Notes: generated by a model from the letters alone, not told the origin. Shown: positions 1-12,850, counted from the first letter of the whole stretch. The stretch is DNA of 63,873 nt, filler included, from Octopus bimaculoides (GCF_001194135.2; 6 parts of 6 records of this genome joined end to end with filler, not necessarily neighbours in it); one strand, 5' to 3'. Numbers and translations: made by a program.

Positions 1-293
1 TATATATATATATAGATGTATATAGATGTATATATATGCACACATGCACATTCAATTACACTAATGCACACCCATACAACCACATACATACACATACAAT
101 CACATACACAGTCACACTCCCATACAGTTACACACACACACACACACACACACACACTCATATACACTCACATACACATATGCACATACGAACTCAATGA
201 CATGCCTACATGTAAACGTTAATAATGGCTTTTCTTTCAAATGTATTTATGAAAACACCTATGTGATCCAGTTATAGCATACATAGTTTAGAT

Positions 294-333
294 TTATTTC
301 TTCCTCTCATAGCCAAGCTGCTTCAATATAACA
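294..333 (-). CDS. Candidate terminal coding exon of an unidentified gene (...N-VILKQLGYERKK*)
   Basis: Acceptor tttatgcttttag precedes the exon; phase 2 matches the 591-728 exon; TAA at 296-294 overlaps an AATAAA. Product not recognised. Confidence 0.5.
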
Positions 334-590
334 CTAAAAGCATAAAGCATAAACTCTAATGAGAGAACATATTTTTAGATATTTATTGTGGATAAAAAAA
401 AAATAGAAATAAAAATAAGTGCCTAATAAAAATTTATTGTAATGGTTTATGTTTCTCTGAACTGGTTTACATTATACATACATCAGATATTTAAATTCAC
501 TTCTTTACACATCAATCACCTATGCTGATCTAAATTGACTTAATGCACTCACTTCTCAGTTCACTATATAATTTCTCCTAGATTTCTTAC

Positions 591-728
591 TTAAATGCTC
601 TGTGCACAATCCTTCTTGAGCCATGAACGTAATTCCTTTCAAACAAATTTGGAAAACCAACAGCTTTAAGACTGCATGTGACCTTCTGAAAGGCCAAGTG
701 TGGGGCCTTTTTGAAAAAAGTATTGTGT
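591..728 (-). CDS. Candidate internal coding exon (HNTFFKKAPHLAFQKVTCSLKAVGFPNLFERNYVHGSRRIVHRAF)
   Basis: 138 nt, phase 2 to 2, acceptor cctgcccccttag, donor AA|gtaaga; joins in frame to 294-333 over a 257-nt intron. Confidence 0.55.
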
Positions 729-1185
729 CTAAGGGGGCAGGAGGAATCATAACATAGGAATATATTTCTCTTGATTTAAATTTGTTTAAATCTACTCTTT
801 TCGACTATTTGTGAATTTTTGAAACATTTCTTTTCCTTTAACACCATTATTTGTTTAAAGTAATTAAAGTTGTTTTCAAAACAGAGAAATCCGTAAAAGA
901 ATTTAAATAAATAAATGAATAAATAAATAAACAAAATTAATTAAAATAAAACTGTGGTGGAAGTACTTATTCTGAAGCTTGCCTTTTTTAAAAATATCTT
1001 TAGAGATTTTATGAATAATTATATTTTATGAAAACAATTTTTATAAAATATTATTTAACAGTATAAAATGTTGTTTGAAATGTTTTTTTGTCAGATGGCA
1101 GTTACACAAAGTGCATCACATCTGCTTTTAGCAGTTTGTCTTTGTCCATAAATTCCTGTATTATTTGAATATGACCACAGTTTAA

Positions 1186-1611
1186 CTCTAGCATTTAAAC
1201 CGGCCATATCTGGCACAAATATTCTACCTGTTTTATGTTAAAATTGGCCAGATTCGGCCTCTTACATTTACCCTACAATGTCATTCTAAAAGTAAACAAT
1301 CACATCAGTGAAATCTCAAAGCTACAAGATGATGTATGATATATTCAAAACAATGTGATTAAATAAGCATTATATATGATAGAATAATTAGGATGCTAAG
1401 GGGTTAAACCAGACAAATCTGGCTCAAATATTCTACATGTTTTGCATTCAAACTAACCATGTCTAACCTCTCATACCTAAGCTACAATAACATTCTAAAA
1501 ATAAGCAGTCACATCATTGAAACTTCAAGCTATAAGATAGTGCATGATCAATTGAAAACAATTTGAATAAAAAAAAATTACATTTGACAGAATAATCGGA
1601 ATGCTAAAGGG
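1186..1611. mobile_element. piggyBac-like MITE, tandem dimer
   Basis: TTAA-c(t)ctagcat at left; gatgctaagggg-TTAA at 1392-1407 and aatgctaaaggg-TTAA at 1600-1615; two similar ~210-bp bodies. A further right-half copy lies at about 11510-11618. Confidence 0.6.
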
Positions 1612-2305
1612 TTAAATGAATGATCAGAATTGCTTGGCTGCTGTCGCCATTCTTTGAAGTAACTGCTTTGTAATTATATATCTCCAATCAGTTGAGTGAA
1701 GTGGTTAATTCTAAGGATAATACACCAAGTTTGTTTTTTTTTTTATCTTCGCTATGAAAGACATTTCATCACTACAAATTAACTTCCTTACACATATATT
1801 AGTTTCCATACACAATTATCAATAAATCTTTTTTTTTCCCATGCATGCATGTATATGTGTGTGTATGTGTGTGTGTGTGCACTTTTATGCTTGAAAATAT
1901 TGGTTCAGGCTGCATATTGCGTTTTATCTATCAACCAATATTACAAAGTGTTGCCTTTATGTATTTGCACATAGGTGTTCCTATGCCTACTATATTGCTT
2001 ATCGTTAATTCATTCTGTGTGATGAGTCAAACATGTAATTTCAAATAACAGTTTCATTGTTAACTTTATTATTTTTTTGTCAACCAACTGGGTGTAGTCC
2101 ATGTGATGTTCAAACATTCTACTTCTAGCTCATTACATATCAAATATCCTTTTTAGCTTTTATAATTGTCTGAAGATTGACAACAAGAAACTATGAGCAA
2201 TGATTTATAGTATTTCAAGCTTCAATAAATTTCAACACTACTTTGAATTTTGAAAACTCTGTCCTTTCTCATGTTTACACTTATGTGGCTGTTTGTTTAT
2301 TTGTT

Positions 2306-2418
<113 letters not shown>

Positions 2419-2686
2419 TACTTTACTTTACTTTACTTTATATATGCATGCTGAGGAAGCTAAGGTTATTTTCGCCAGTGCAGAGAACCGGTCCATGTGA
2501 GTCCAAATACTTAAATGTACATTGGGAGATTGTCTTAACCTGATTTGCCTTCTGTTAATTTTTATAGTTATCATCAGAGTATTTTGGCAATTTAAATAAG
2601 AGTTTTGACTGTTATTTCCAGCAGATAGACATACTTAGTATGTCCTTTGATTAATTTTAATTCTTCAGCTACACACACACACACAT

Positions 2687-2900
2687 ATTCTTTTATTCTT
2701 TTACTTGTTTCAGTCATTTGACTACAGCCATGCCGAAGCACTGCTTTTAATTGAACGAATCAATCTCAGGACTTATTCTTTGTAAACCTAGTACTTTTTC
2801 TATTGGGCTCTTTTGCCAAACTGCTAAGTTACAGGGATTTAAACACATCAGTATTGATTGTAAAGCAACGGTTGGCAGACAAACACAGACACACAAACAT
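2687..2900 (-). mobile_element. tRNA-derived SINE family A, 3' half
   Basis: Reverse complement of the family-A tail seen at 52500-52690, ending in (AAAGAAT)-type repeats. Confidence 0.8.
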
Positions 2901-3665
2901 ATACATACATACATACATACATACATATANNNNNNNNNNNNNNNNNNNNNNNNNNNNNNNNNNNNNNNNNNNNNNNNNNNNNNNNNNNNNNNNNNNNNNN
3001 NNNNNNNNNNNNNNNNNNNNNNNNNNNNNNNNNNNNNNNNNNNNNNNNNNNNNNNNNNNNNNNNNNNNNNNNNNNNNNNNNNNNNNNNNNNNNNNNNNNN
3101 NNNNNNNNNNNNNNNNNNNNNNNNNNNNNNNNNNNNNNNNNNNNNNNNNNNNNNNNNNNNNNNNNNNNNNNNNNNNNNNNNNNNNNNNNNNNNNNNNNNN
3201 NNNNNNNNNNNNNNNNNNNNNNNNNNNNNNNNNNNNNNNNNNNNNNNNNNNNNNNNNNNNNNNNNNNNNNNNNNNNNNNNNNNNNNNNNNNNNNNNNNNN
3301 NNNNNNNNNNNNNNNNNNNNNNNNNNNNNNNNNNNNNNNNNNNNNNNNNNNNNNNNNNNNNNNNNNNNNNNNNNNNNNNNNNNNNNNNNNNNNNNNNNNN
3401 NNNNNNNNNNNNNNNNNNNNNNNNNNNNNNNNNNNNNNNNNNNNNNNNNNNNNNNNNNNNNNNNNNNNNNNNNNNNNNNNNNNNNNNNNNNNNNNNNNNN
3501 NNNNNNNNNNNNNNNNNNNNNNNNNNNNNNNNNNNNNNNNNNNNNNNNNNNNNNNNNNNNNNNNNNNNNNNNNNNNNNNNNNNNNNNNNNNNNNNNNNNN
3601 NNNNNNNNNNNNNNNNNNNNNNNNNNNNNNNNNNNNNNNNNNNNNNNNNNNNNNNNNNNNATATA

Positions 3666-4791
3666 CTAGCTGAGGTACTCGGTAATACCTGGGAGCGGGA
3701 TATTCCCAGTACCTATTACAATGCCTAATTTCTCTCAGACGAAAAATGAAATCAAGACATAAGACAGATAATAGGTGTAAACAAATTCATTCATGAAACA
3801 ATAAAACAAATAAATATGTGTGGAATCAGAAAATGACAATTATTTTGTCAGATGAGTGGAAAGCTGCAAATATATAATCAATGGAAACACCAAGAAGGGA
3901 ATTGTAAAGATGTACTATGATAAAAAGTAAACATAAATGCTTGAAAAGTAAACGGAAAAAATTATTTAGAGAAAAGAGATTTTATACTTACAAAAATTGC
4001 TGGAGTGCAGATGTGACAACGTGGTGGTCATAAGAGTTGCAAGATGGTATGAGGAGCGGAAAAAACATACAAAAACGACGATTTTTGTCATTTTGAGGCA
4101 AATTCTCTTGCAACCTGAGAGAAGATTTTAAGTGCACAAGCACTTAATTAGACGACTGTGTTTCATGGGTATAGTTCCACTGATCGTGGGTATCAAATAT
4201 CGATTGCAATGGTTAGAACTGACAATTTTAAGTGCAGGTGTTAAGAAAATAAATTTTACATGTTTCAGCACAAAATGCTGCAACGTTTAGAACCAATAAT
4301 CTTAAGTCTAGGTATTAAGAAAATACATGTTACAGCAAACTGAGAATGTTGAAATAACTGATGAACATTTTAACCCACAACAATTTAGGCCAAATTTCGT
4401 TAATCAGTTAATCAAAATTCATCTTACGCTTTGCTTGATTGGCCTAGGTAAAAATTTATTTGTCTCAATCCATCCTTAGTGCATATTCCATCTGTGTATA
4501 AAATTTCAAGAAAATCAGTTGAAAACTTTAAAAGTTATGGCAGAAAATAACATTCATATGAGAATTTGCATTGAAATGTTCTACTGATTTTTGAAAAATC
4601 GATGCTGATTATAAATTATCGATTTTTTTTGAAATTCCAAGTGTTTGACTGCATGGGCATAAGCCCGCCCCCCTACACACACACAAGTCAAGTTTCATCA
4701 AGATTGGTTGGATAGTCTTGGAAGGGTTAAAGTAACAAATTCACAAACACAGACCCACAAACAGACAGAAATAGCCATTTATGCATATAGA
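3666..4791 (-). mobile_element. Non-autonomous Helitron-type element (~1.13 kb)
   Basis: On the minus strand: A|TC 5' end at 4791, imperfect hairpin (ccaggta-t-taccgag) shortly before a 3' CTAG|T at 3669-3666; AT insertion site, no TSD. Confidence 0.7.
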
Positions 4792-4845
4792 TATATATAC
4801 ATTCATACACACACACACACACACTCATATACATACACACATACA

Positions 4846-4877
<32 letters not shown>

Positions 4878-4890
4878 CATATACATATAC

Positions 4891-4961
<71 letters not shown>

Positions 4962-5026
4962 CATATATATATATACATGCATAAAGCATCAAACAAAAAA
5001 GCATAAATTTCACATATAATTCATAC

Positions 5027-5077
5027 TTGTGCTCAACAGCTGTTTCATTAAGATAAACATCACCAAACGTGTAATTA
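5027..5077 (-). CDS. Candidate exon of the unidentified gene (NYTFGDVYLNETAVEH)
   Basis: 51 nt, phase 2 to 2, donor AA|gtatga, modest acceptor; in frame with 591-728. Confidence 0.3.
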
Positions 5078-5349
5078 CTTAAGTGTGATACATAATTAAT
5101 TCATTTAAAATGAAATGAAATTTATTTAAAAGCCGTATTTACTCAAATCATCAGGAATGTTGTGTTATGTTAATCAGAAAACCATTGCTAGTTATGCTAA
5201 GTGTATTGCTCTTAAAGATTGGTTTTGCTGATTATGTATGTACATGCAAGTCAGTTCCACTTGGATTTAATGCAATGTAATAATCTGCTGGAGTTTAACG
5301 ACCTGCAATTAATTTAGCTCTTAATTATGATGATTTATTCTTTGATGTT

Positions 5350-5481
5350 TATACATCAATTCTCTCTCTCTCTTTTCCTCTGTATACCTATTTATCTATC
5401 TATCTGTCTGTCTATCCATCTGTCCATCTACCTACCTACCTACCTACTTACCAACCTACCTTCCTATCTATCAATCAATCA

Positions 5482-5525
<44 letters not shown>

Positions 5526-5545
5526 CTCAATCAATCAATCAATCA

Positions 5546-5582
<37 letters not shown>

Positions 5583-5870
5583 CCTGTCTACCTATCTGTC
5601 TGTCTCTGTCATGTTCTCTCTCTCATTCACTCTCTTCCCTCCTCTTTTTCTTTCTGTTCCACTCTCCCACTCTCTCTCTCTTTGTTTCTCACCCTCTCAT
5701 TTCTCCCTCCTCCCCTCTCTCTTCCCCAGCCCTATCTTCTTTCTCCCCTATCCCCTTTCTCCCCCTCTCTCTCCTCTCTTCCCCAGCCTTCTCCCCTTTC
5801 TTCCCTCACTCCTTTCCCCCTTCACTCCTTTCCCCCCTTTCTCCCCTCCCCTCCCCCTCTCTCTATATAG
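5350..5870. repeat. Compound (TCTA)/(TCAA)/(CCTA)n microsatellite followed by a long polypyrimidine tract
   Basis: Read directly. Confidence 0.9.
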
Positions 5871-6109
5871 ACTAATTGACTAATAATAAATGAGTGGAAT
5901 TGAACCAATGTGTGTGTTAATTATATTGGCATGATGACTCTCTTACAAAATTTATTTTAACACATGAAATCACATAAAGAATCTTGTAAACCAAATACAA
6001 AAATGAAGTAGAGTGGAAATGTCCAACTGACATTTAAAAATACAACGGAATTAAATCAGTTTACTGGATACCCCACCCCTTCCAACATAAACCACATGCA
6101 AAATGAACA

Positions 6110-6274
6110 GGCATGGCCATGTGGTAAGAAGCTTTCTTCCCAACCACATGGTTCCGGGTTCAGCCCCACTGTGTGGCAACTTGGGCAACTGTCTTCTACT
6201 ATAGCCTCAGACCAACCAAAGCCTTGTGAGTGGATTTGGGAGATGAAAATTGAAAGAAGCCTATTGTATATATA
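6110..6274 (+). mobile_element. SINE family A, tRNA-like head
   Basis: A-box-like ggccatgtggtaag, B-box-like gggttcagcccc, then CORE-like cttgggcaactgtctt; runs into a gap. Confidence 0.8.
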
Positions 6275-6370
6275 NNNNNNNNNNNNNNNNNNNNNNNNNN
6301 NNNNNNNNNNNNNNNNNNNNNNNNNNNNNNNNNNNNNNNNNNNNNNNNNNNNNNNNNNNNNNNNNNNNNN

Positions 6371-6615
6371 TCTTTTATTCTTTAGCTTGTTTCAGTCATT
6401 TTGATTGTGGCCATGTTGGAACACCACATTTAGTCGGACAAACTGATCCCAGGATTTATTCTTTGTAAGCCTAGTACTTATTCTATTGGTTCTCTTGTCG
6501 AACTGCTAAGTTGTGGGGGTGTAAACACATCAATGTCAGTTGCCAAGCGATGTGGGATGGTGGGGACAAGCACAGACACACACACACAGACACACACACA
6601 CACACACACACACAG
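6371..6615 (-). mobile_element. SINE family A, 3' half
   Basis: Matches the family-A tail in reverse complement. Confidence 0.75.
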
Positions 6616-6619
6616 ACAC

Positions 6620-6845
6620 CTCAGGTTCTTAATTTATCAACCCTGAAAGGATGAAAGGCAAAGTCGACCTCGGTGGAATTTGAACTCAGAACACAAAGAC
6701 AGATGAAATACCACTAAGAAATGTTAGTGTACTAATGTTATGTTAGCGTACAATGTTATATTAGCGTACACTAAGTAATGTTAACGTACAATAAATACCA
6801 CTAAGAAATGTTAGCGTACTAACATTTCTGCCAGTTCGTCACTTT
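6620..6845 (-). mobile_element. tRNA-derived SINE family B with internal duplication
   Basis: B-box gagttcaaattcc and central block gtcgactttgcctttcatcctttc on the minus strand. Confidence 0.75.
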
Positions 6846-8290
6846 AAAAAAGTTAATAAATATCGAAGGGGATATTTTTTTTTTTGCTGTCTTTTTGCAT
6901 TGATTGGAGGCTAAAAATCTATAAAGAAAGGCCATTACTGGCAATTTAATCAACTCCAGAATATATGTACGACAAACACAATGTCATTCTCTGTAGAAAT
7001 TGAACTAAATTACAATGCAATATCAACTATCTAACTGCCACAGTGTAAATATATATCCACTAAATAAACAACCCAACAGCATCCGTGTAAATATTTAGTG
7101 ATTATGTCAACAATATTATATGTATTATCTAAACATTGTGATGCTTACAAGAAACCTACATTTATATCTCTTAAATCACTCCATCAAACTCATTAATACA
7201 TGTTGATGACATTCGTTATATGTTAATATTCATTTTAATCACATCAGTGTAGCAAGTATTTATGCATCTATAACATTATCATCCTCACCATTATTATTAT
7301 CATTATTATTATTATTATTATTATTAGTACTACTTCTACTATATATGACTTCTTAATCTATGTAATTAATATGTTTATATTGGTGTTCATATATCAATAA
7401 TGATTATAATCTCACAATTGTTATGTTATATATATATTTCGCTAGCAGCATTCTTTTACCAATTTATTTTTATAGCTCTGCTGTTACATCGCTGTCACCC
7501 AATGTTACACATATCCATTGCATCTCAGTTCGTTGATTTATGCACACTGCACATCAATAACATCTTTGGCACTACATTTGTTCTAACACTCCCATAATTC
7601 TCTAATCACTCTTGCTAAATCCAAATCTTTCTGCTGTTAACACTGACTTAACATGTAGGCAATAAATCAGTCTATATTATTTTCATATCATTTTAAACTT
7701 AATTCAAGAAATAATCCTTTCTCTGATTATCTTTATCATCATTACCATTACCATTATCATCATCATCATCATCATTATTATTATCATCATCATTTTGGAG
7801 ACTTGAAACGTTGGAAAAGGACTCTTATCATTTACCATCTCTGCTCTGTCAGGAAAAGTTCAATTAATTAATACAATTGTCATCGACAGAAATTAGGATA
7901 TTAGTTGTGGTCAAAATGCCAACTCTGTGGCTTAAGACAATGTTTCAGAGGTAAATATTTTAAGATATCTTGACCAGCAGAGATTATTCAGATGTGTGGC
8001 ATTGAACTTTAAACTTTATTCACCTGGAAATATCAGATTAACATGTAAATTTGCCAGCTAAACGACTTTTACAATCAAATCAGCATATGCATTACTGATG
8101 TTCATCAATATCAAAACTGATAACTTTTTCACTGACTCGACTTTCATAACCTAGAATCTAATTACTGTTAATGAGAAATAATTTCAAACCAATGTCTTTA
8201 TGGGAAACACTTTTCATTTGCTTTTATACCTTATCAAAATTCTTTCTGATCAATACTTATTGATCTCTACCTTAACCTAAATTATTTGTA

Positions 8291-8364
<74 letters not shown>

Positions 8365-8454
8365 CATATATATATATACATATATATATATATGCATATA
8401 TATCTATGTCTATATATATATATATATATAATCCTCCTCCTCCTCCTCCTCCTC

Positions 8455-8589
8455 ATCATCATCATCGTTTAACGCCCGTTTTCCATGCTGGTATGGGTTG
8501 GACGGTTCGACTGGGGTCTGGGAAGCCAGGAGGCTGCGCCAGGCTCCAATCTGATCTGGCAGTGTTTCTACAGCTGGATGCCCTTTCTA

Positions 8590-8595
<6 letters not shown>
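8455..8595 (-). mobile_element. RTE LINE 3' end fragment with (GAT)n tail
   Basis: Matches 44630-44776 in reverse complement. Confidence 0.8.
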
Positions 8596-8633
<38 letters not shown>

Positions 8634-8982
8634 AGAATATATATATATATATATATACCAGATGTACACAGTAATGTAGAGGCAAGAGTCACACACACAC
8701 ACACACAACAATACACACATATGTTCACACATTCACACATACACCTTCCAACTATCTATGCTGCAATAAATTGCCTTCACACATATCGATACATGCATCA
8801 TATATGTATTCGTATTAATATGTCTATCTGATGCCAAAAAGAGAACTTCTGGCTAGTCTCTCAACTTAGAAGAAGAAGTAGAAAACAAATTTCTTTGAAA
8901 TCAACCCCTACTACTTTAGAAGGGAAGGACACCCTGGATAAAGTAATTCTCACTGTAAAGGTATAAGGATATATATATATTT

Positions 8983-9029
<47 letters not shown>

Positions 9030-9031
<2 letters not shown>

Positions 9032-9400
9032 CTATGAGTGACAGTGGTGTCAGTTATACCCAGAGGTTTTAGGTAATGCTGAGTAAGTGCTATGGATAGA
9101 CCACGGTTAAGCTCCAGGTTCGGTGGTTATACGAATAAGGGGTTCAACGTAGGTCATATATCAGCATGTAAATATAGGATATACTTTTCGTAATGAGGTA
9201 AAAAACCAAGGGTGTGTATAACAGAGAACATTTTTAAATCGAATGCCTTACAGCTGTCTCCAGGATATTTATTATATCCCTTCATCGGAGACGGTGTGAG
9301 AGGATGATTAAGTAATAGTTAGTTTAGTTAAGATAGGAAATAGAGAGTGAATGTAGGGATATTGTATTTGTAAATCCATTACAAATATATATATCACAAA
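9030..9400 (-). mobile_element. Probable Penelope-like element terminal (pLTR) fragment
   Basis: C/A/T-rich on the minus strand and carries a minimal hammerhead-like motif, as described for PLE termini; no coding remnant seen. Confidence 0.5.
9245..9292 (-). ncRNA. Degenerate minimal type-I hammerhead ribozyme motif
   Basis: gtct-CCGATGA-a-gggatat(aataa)atatcct-g-GAGAC-agct-GTA-aggc: stem I gtct/aggc, stem II hairpin, palindromic stem III. The core has U4C and GAAA-to-GAGA changes. Confidence 0.55.
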
Positions 9401-10462
9401 TATATATATATATATATATATANNNNNNNNNNNNNNNNNNNNNNNNNNNNNNNNNNNNNNNNNNNNNNNNNNNNNNNNNNNNNNNNNNNNNNNNNNNNNN
9501 NNNNNNNNNNNNNNNNNNNNNNNNNNNNNNNNNNNNNNNNNNNNNNNNNNNNNNNNNNNNNNNNNNNNNNNNNNNNNNNNNNNNNNNNNNNNNNNNNNNN
9601 NNNNNNNNNNNNNNNNNNNNNNNNNNNNNNNNNNNNNNNNNNNNNNNNNNNNNNNNNNNNNNNNNNNNNNNNNNNNNNNNNNNNNNNNNNNNNNNNNNNN
9701 NNNNNNNNNNNNNNNNNNNNNNNNNNNNNNNNNNNNNNNNNNNNNNNNNNNNNNNNNNNNNNNNNNNNNNNNNNNNNNNNNNNNNNNNNNNNNNNNNNNN
9801 NNNNNNNNNNNNNNNNNNNNNNNNNNNNNNNNNNNNNNNNNNNNNNNNNNNNNNNNNNNNNNNNNNNNNNNNNNNNNNNNNNNNNNNNNNNNNNNNNNNN
9901 NNNNNNNNNNNNNNNNNNNNNNNNNNNNNNNNNNNNNNNNNNNNNNNNNNNNNNNNNNNNNNNNNNNNNNNNNNNNNNNNNNNNNNNNNNNNNNNNNNNN
10001 NNNNNNNNNNNNNNNNNNNNNNNNNNNNNNNNNNNNNNNNNNNNNNNNNNNNNNNNNNNNNNNNNNNNNNNNNNNNNNNNNNNNNNNNNNNNNNNNNNNN
10101 NNNNNNNNNNNNNNNNNNNNNNNNNNNNNNNNNNNNNNNNNNNNNNNNNNNNNNNNNNNNNNNNNNNNNNNNNNNNNNNNNNNNNNNNNNNNNNNNNNNN
10201 NNNNNNNNNNNNNNNNNNNNNNNNNNNNNNNNNNNNNNNNNNNNNNNNNNNNNNNNNNNNNNNNNNNNNNNNNNNNNNNNNNNNNNNNNNNNNNNNNNNN
10301 NNNNNNNNNNNNNNNNNNNNNNNNNNNNNNNNNNNNNNNNNNNNNNNNNNNNNCCTGATGAGCAAACTTTCTCCAAGAAGCCTTTGATATTTTCGCATGG
10401 GGTTGAATCAAACTGTTTCAGATAATAATCATTAAAATAATAATAAGAAAAATAAATCAATA

Positions 10463-10522
<60 letters not shown>

Positions 10523-10526
<4 letters not shown>

Positions 10527-11128
10527 GCTCTGATGCAATACCAGGCACTGGCTCTCATGGCTTCTGAGCTTAACTGATTGGAATTGTTATCATGTACATT
10601 GTTTTGCCTTGGTATAAAAGATGGGCTACAGCAAATATTCTGCTCAGTACCACAATTGTTTGACCTTAATCAGTTGAGTGTAACCTTTGTTGGCTGACAA
10701 TGTGTGCATCTCTGATCATTGGCAGGAGTAGTTGGGGAACATTATAGCCACATGTCGACAGGAATTCTTTGGGGTATGAATAATTCCTCTCTGGAGGCAT
10801 GGATAGTTTGTTCATCATCCTTAAACAACCCTTATTCAGGGACTTTTTGAGCAGGCTGGGCTACTTAGCAGAAGAAAATACTAACTGGACCCCATCTGCA
10901 AGGTCATGCATTGTTTCTGTTGATGAGATCACCATGTCGTGCACATATGGTTGTGATGCATGTGCCTGGTGTACCCTTATCAGGCAGGTAGTCATGATGG
11001 GTATATTGGGCTTCGTATATTTGTACCCAAGAGTCGCTTTGATGGCATGCACTGCTNNNNNNNNNNTATTGGGCTTCGTATATTTGTACCCAAGAGTCGC
11101 TTTGATGGCATGCACTGCTCTCTCACTC
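10523..11128 (+). mobile_element. ~0.55-kb non-coding interspersed element flanked on both sides by (AAT)n
   Basis: Sharp boundaries against (AAT)n tracts at 10440-10522 and 11129-11170; no tRNA head or ORF recognised. Confidence 0.55.
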
Positions 11129-11207
<79 letters not shown>

Positions 11208-11219
11208 CATATAATAAAG

Positions 11220-11416
11220 GCATGATTATCAAGTGCTCAAGATCAACATCCATACAGTATGAGTGGTTGGCGTTAGGAAGGGCATCTAGCTGTAGAAACT
11301 CTGCCAAATCAGATTGGAGCCTTGTGTAACCATCTGGTTCCCTAGTCCTCAGTTAAATCGTCCAACCCATGCTAGCATGGAAAGTGGACGTTAAACAATG
11401 ATGATGATGATGATGT
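11220..11416 (+). mobile_element. RTE LINE 3' end fragment with (GAT)n tail
   Basis: Matches 44600-44776. Confidence 0.8.
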
Positions 11417-12535
11417 ACAAATGTCACAGAGACTCATTAAAACATTTTGCGTAATCCACTGTGGGATTATGTGGCTCACCTTTTGCATAAGCAACAATAA
11501 ATACGTAAGCCAATCATATCATCAAAATCACACAGCTATGAGAATGCATAATTAACACAAAACAATTGAATAACTAAGCATTATATTTGGCAGAATAATC
11601 TGCATGCTAAAGGGTTAAGTGAGTTTATCAAAGCAATACAGTAAGACACTCACCTTACATCATACACAGTAGGATTGAACCAGAGACTTTATGATTGAGA
11701 AGCTAATTTCTTAGCCACTCAAACATTCCACAGTAACAAATAGGATATGAATGCTCATCTCTTTAGTTCAAATACTAGCACTTCATTAAATTTTATTAAC
11801 AGATGTAAATCTGATTCCTGCACTTGGTGAATGAATTGTCACACATTTTTTTTTTTAGGGTTTAGGGGTGGTTTTTTTATGATGTTTTCTCTATTTGTTC
11901 TATGTTTGATGTTGTCATTGTCAGTCACAGCTTGCTGAGTCAATAAAGCGCCAAATTGCTAGATGAAAAATCAATTAGTTCATATCAATAATTATAACCC
12001 ACATCACTTCTATTACAAACCAGATCAGTTTATTCCCCTTCCACCTAAACTGTATCCTTAACCTTAATTACTATAATTTCCTCCAAAGTCGTTAAAATTA
12101 CCAAACCATATCTTAATCAATTATTTAATAAATTCAATTATCCAAAATATACTAAAGAAAACAATCCCCCCTCCAAAAAAGAACCACACCATTTAACTTG
12201 TTAACTAGAGTTAAATCATTAACTTAAATTAAATAGGTTCCCATAAAAATTGCTTCATAATCAAAATTGGTTGCAATTAATCATCATTCTAAAATTATTA
12301 TATTTGAATTATGTGATGATGAAAATGACTCATCTGGTTATGGATAATTACAGGAAAATACATGGTAATTAATAAAATACATATAAAAATATGCTTATCA
12401 CTCCTTTCTAATGTACACACACACACACACACACAACACACACACACACAAACGAAGACACATACAAACACGCAAACTTACATACACATACACATACGTA
12501 TACACATTTATCTCTTCAAATATATGTACATATAA

Positions 12536-12570
<35 letters not shown>

Positions 12571-12593
12571 TGTATGTATGTATATATATATAT

Positions 12594-12850
12594 ATTCTTT
12601 CATTCTTTTATTCTTTTACTTGTTTCAGTCATTTGACTGTGGCCATGCTGGAGCACTGCCTTTAGTCGAGCAAATCGACCCCAGGACTTATTTTTTGGAA
12701 GTCTAGTACTTATTCTATTAGTCTCTTTTACCGAACCACTCAGTTACGGGGATGTAAACACACCAGCATCGGTTGTCAAGCAATGGTGGGGGACAAGCAA
12801 AGACACACAAACATATACACACACATATACATATATATGTGTGTGTGTAT
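12594..12850 (-). mobile_element. SINE family A, 3' half
   Basis: Family-A tail in reverse complement. Confidence 0.8.

Noticed and set aside
1090-1157. Minus-strand GIYGQR as the missing first GAP exon of ARHGAP
   Set aside because: Only the first six residues resemble GIFGQR; the frame then diverges and stops after about 21 codons.
10374-10400. CTGATGAG as a second hammerhead core
   Set aside because: No stem II or GAAA follows, and the upstream sequence is in a gap.
11004-11119. 53-bp direct duplication
   Set aside because: The two copies flank a 10-N gap; typical unmerged contig overlap.
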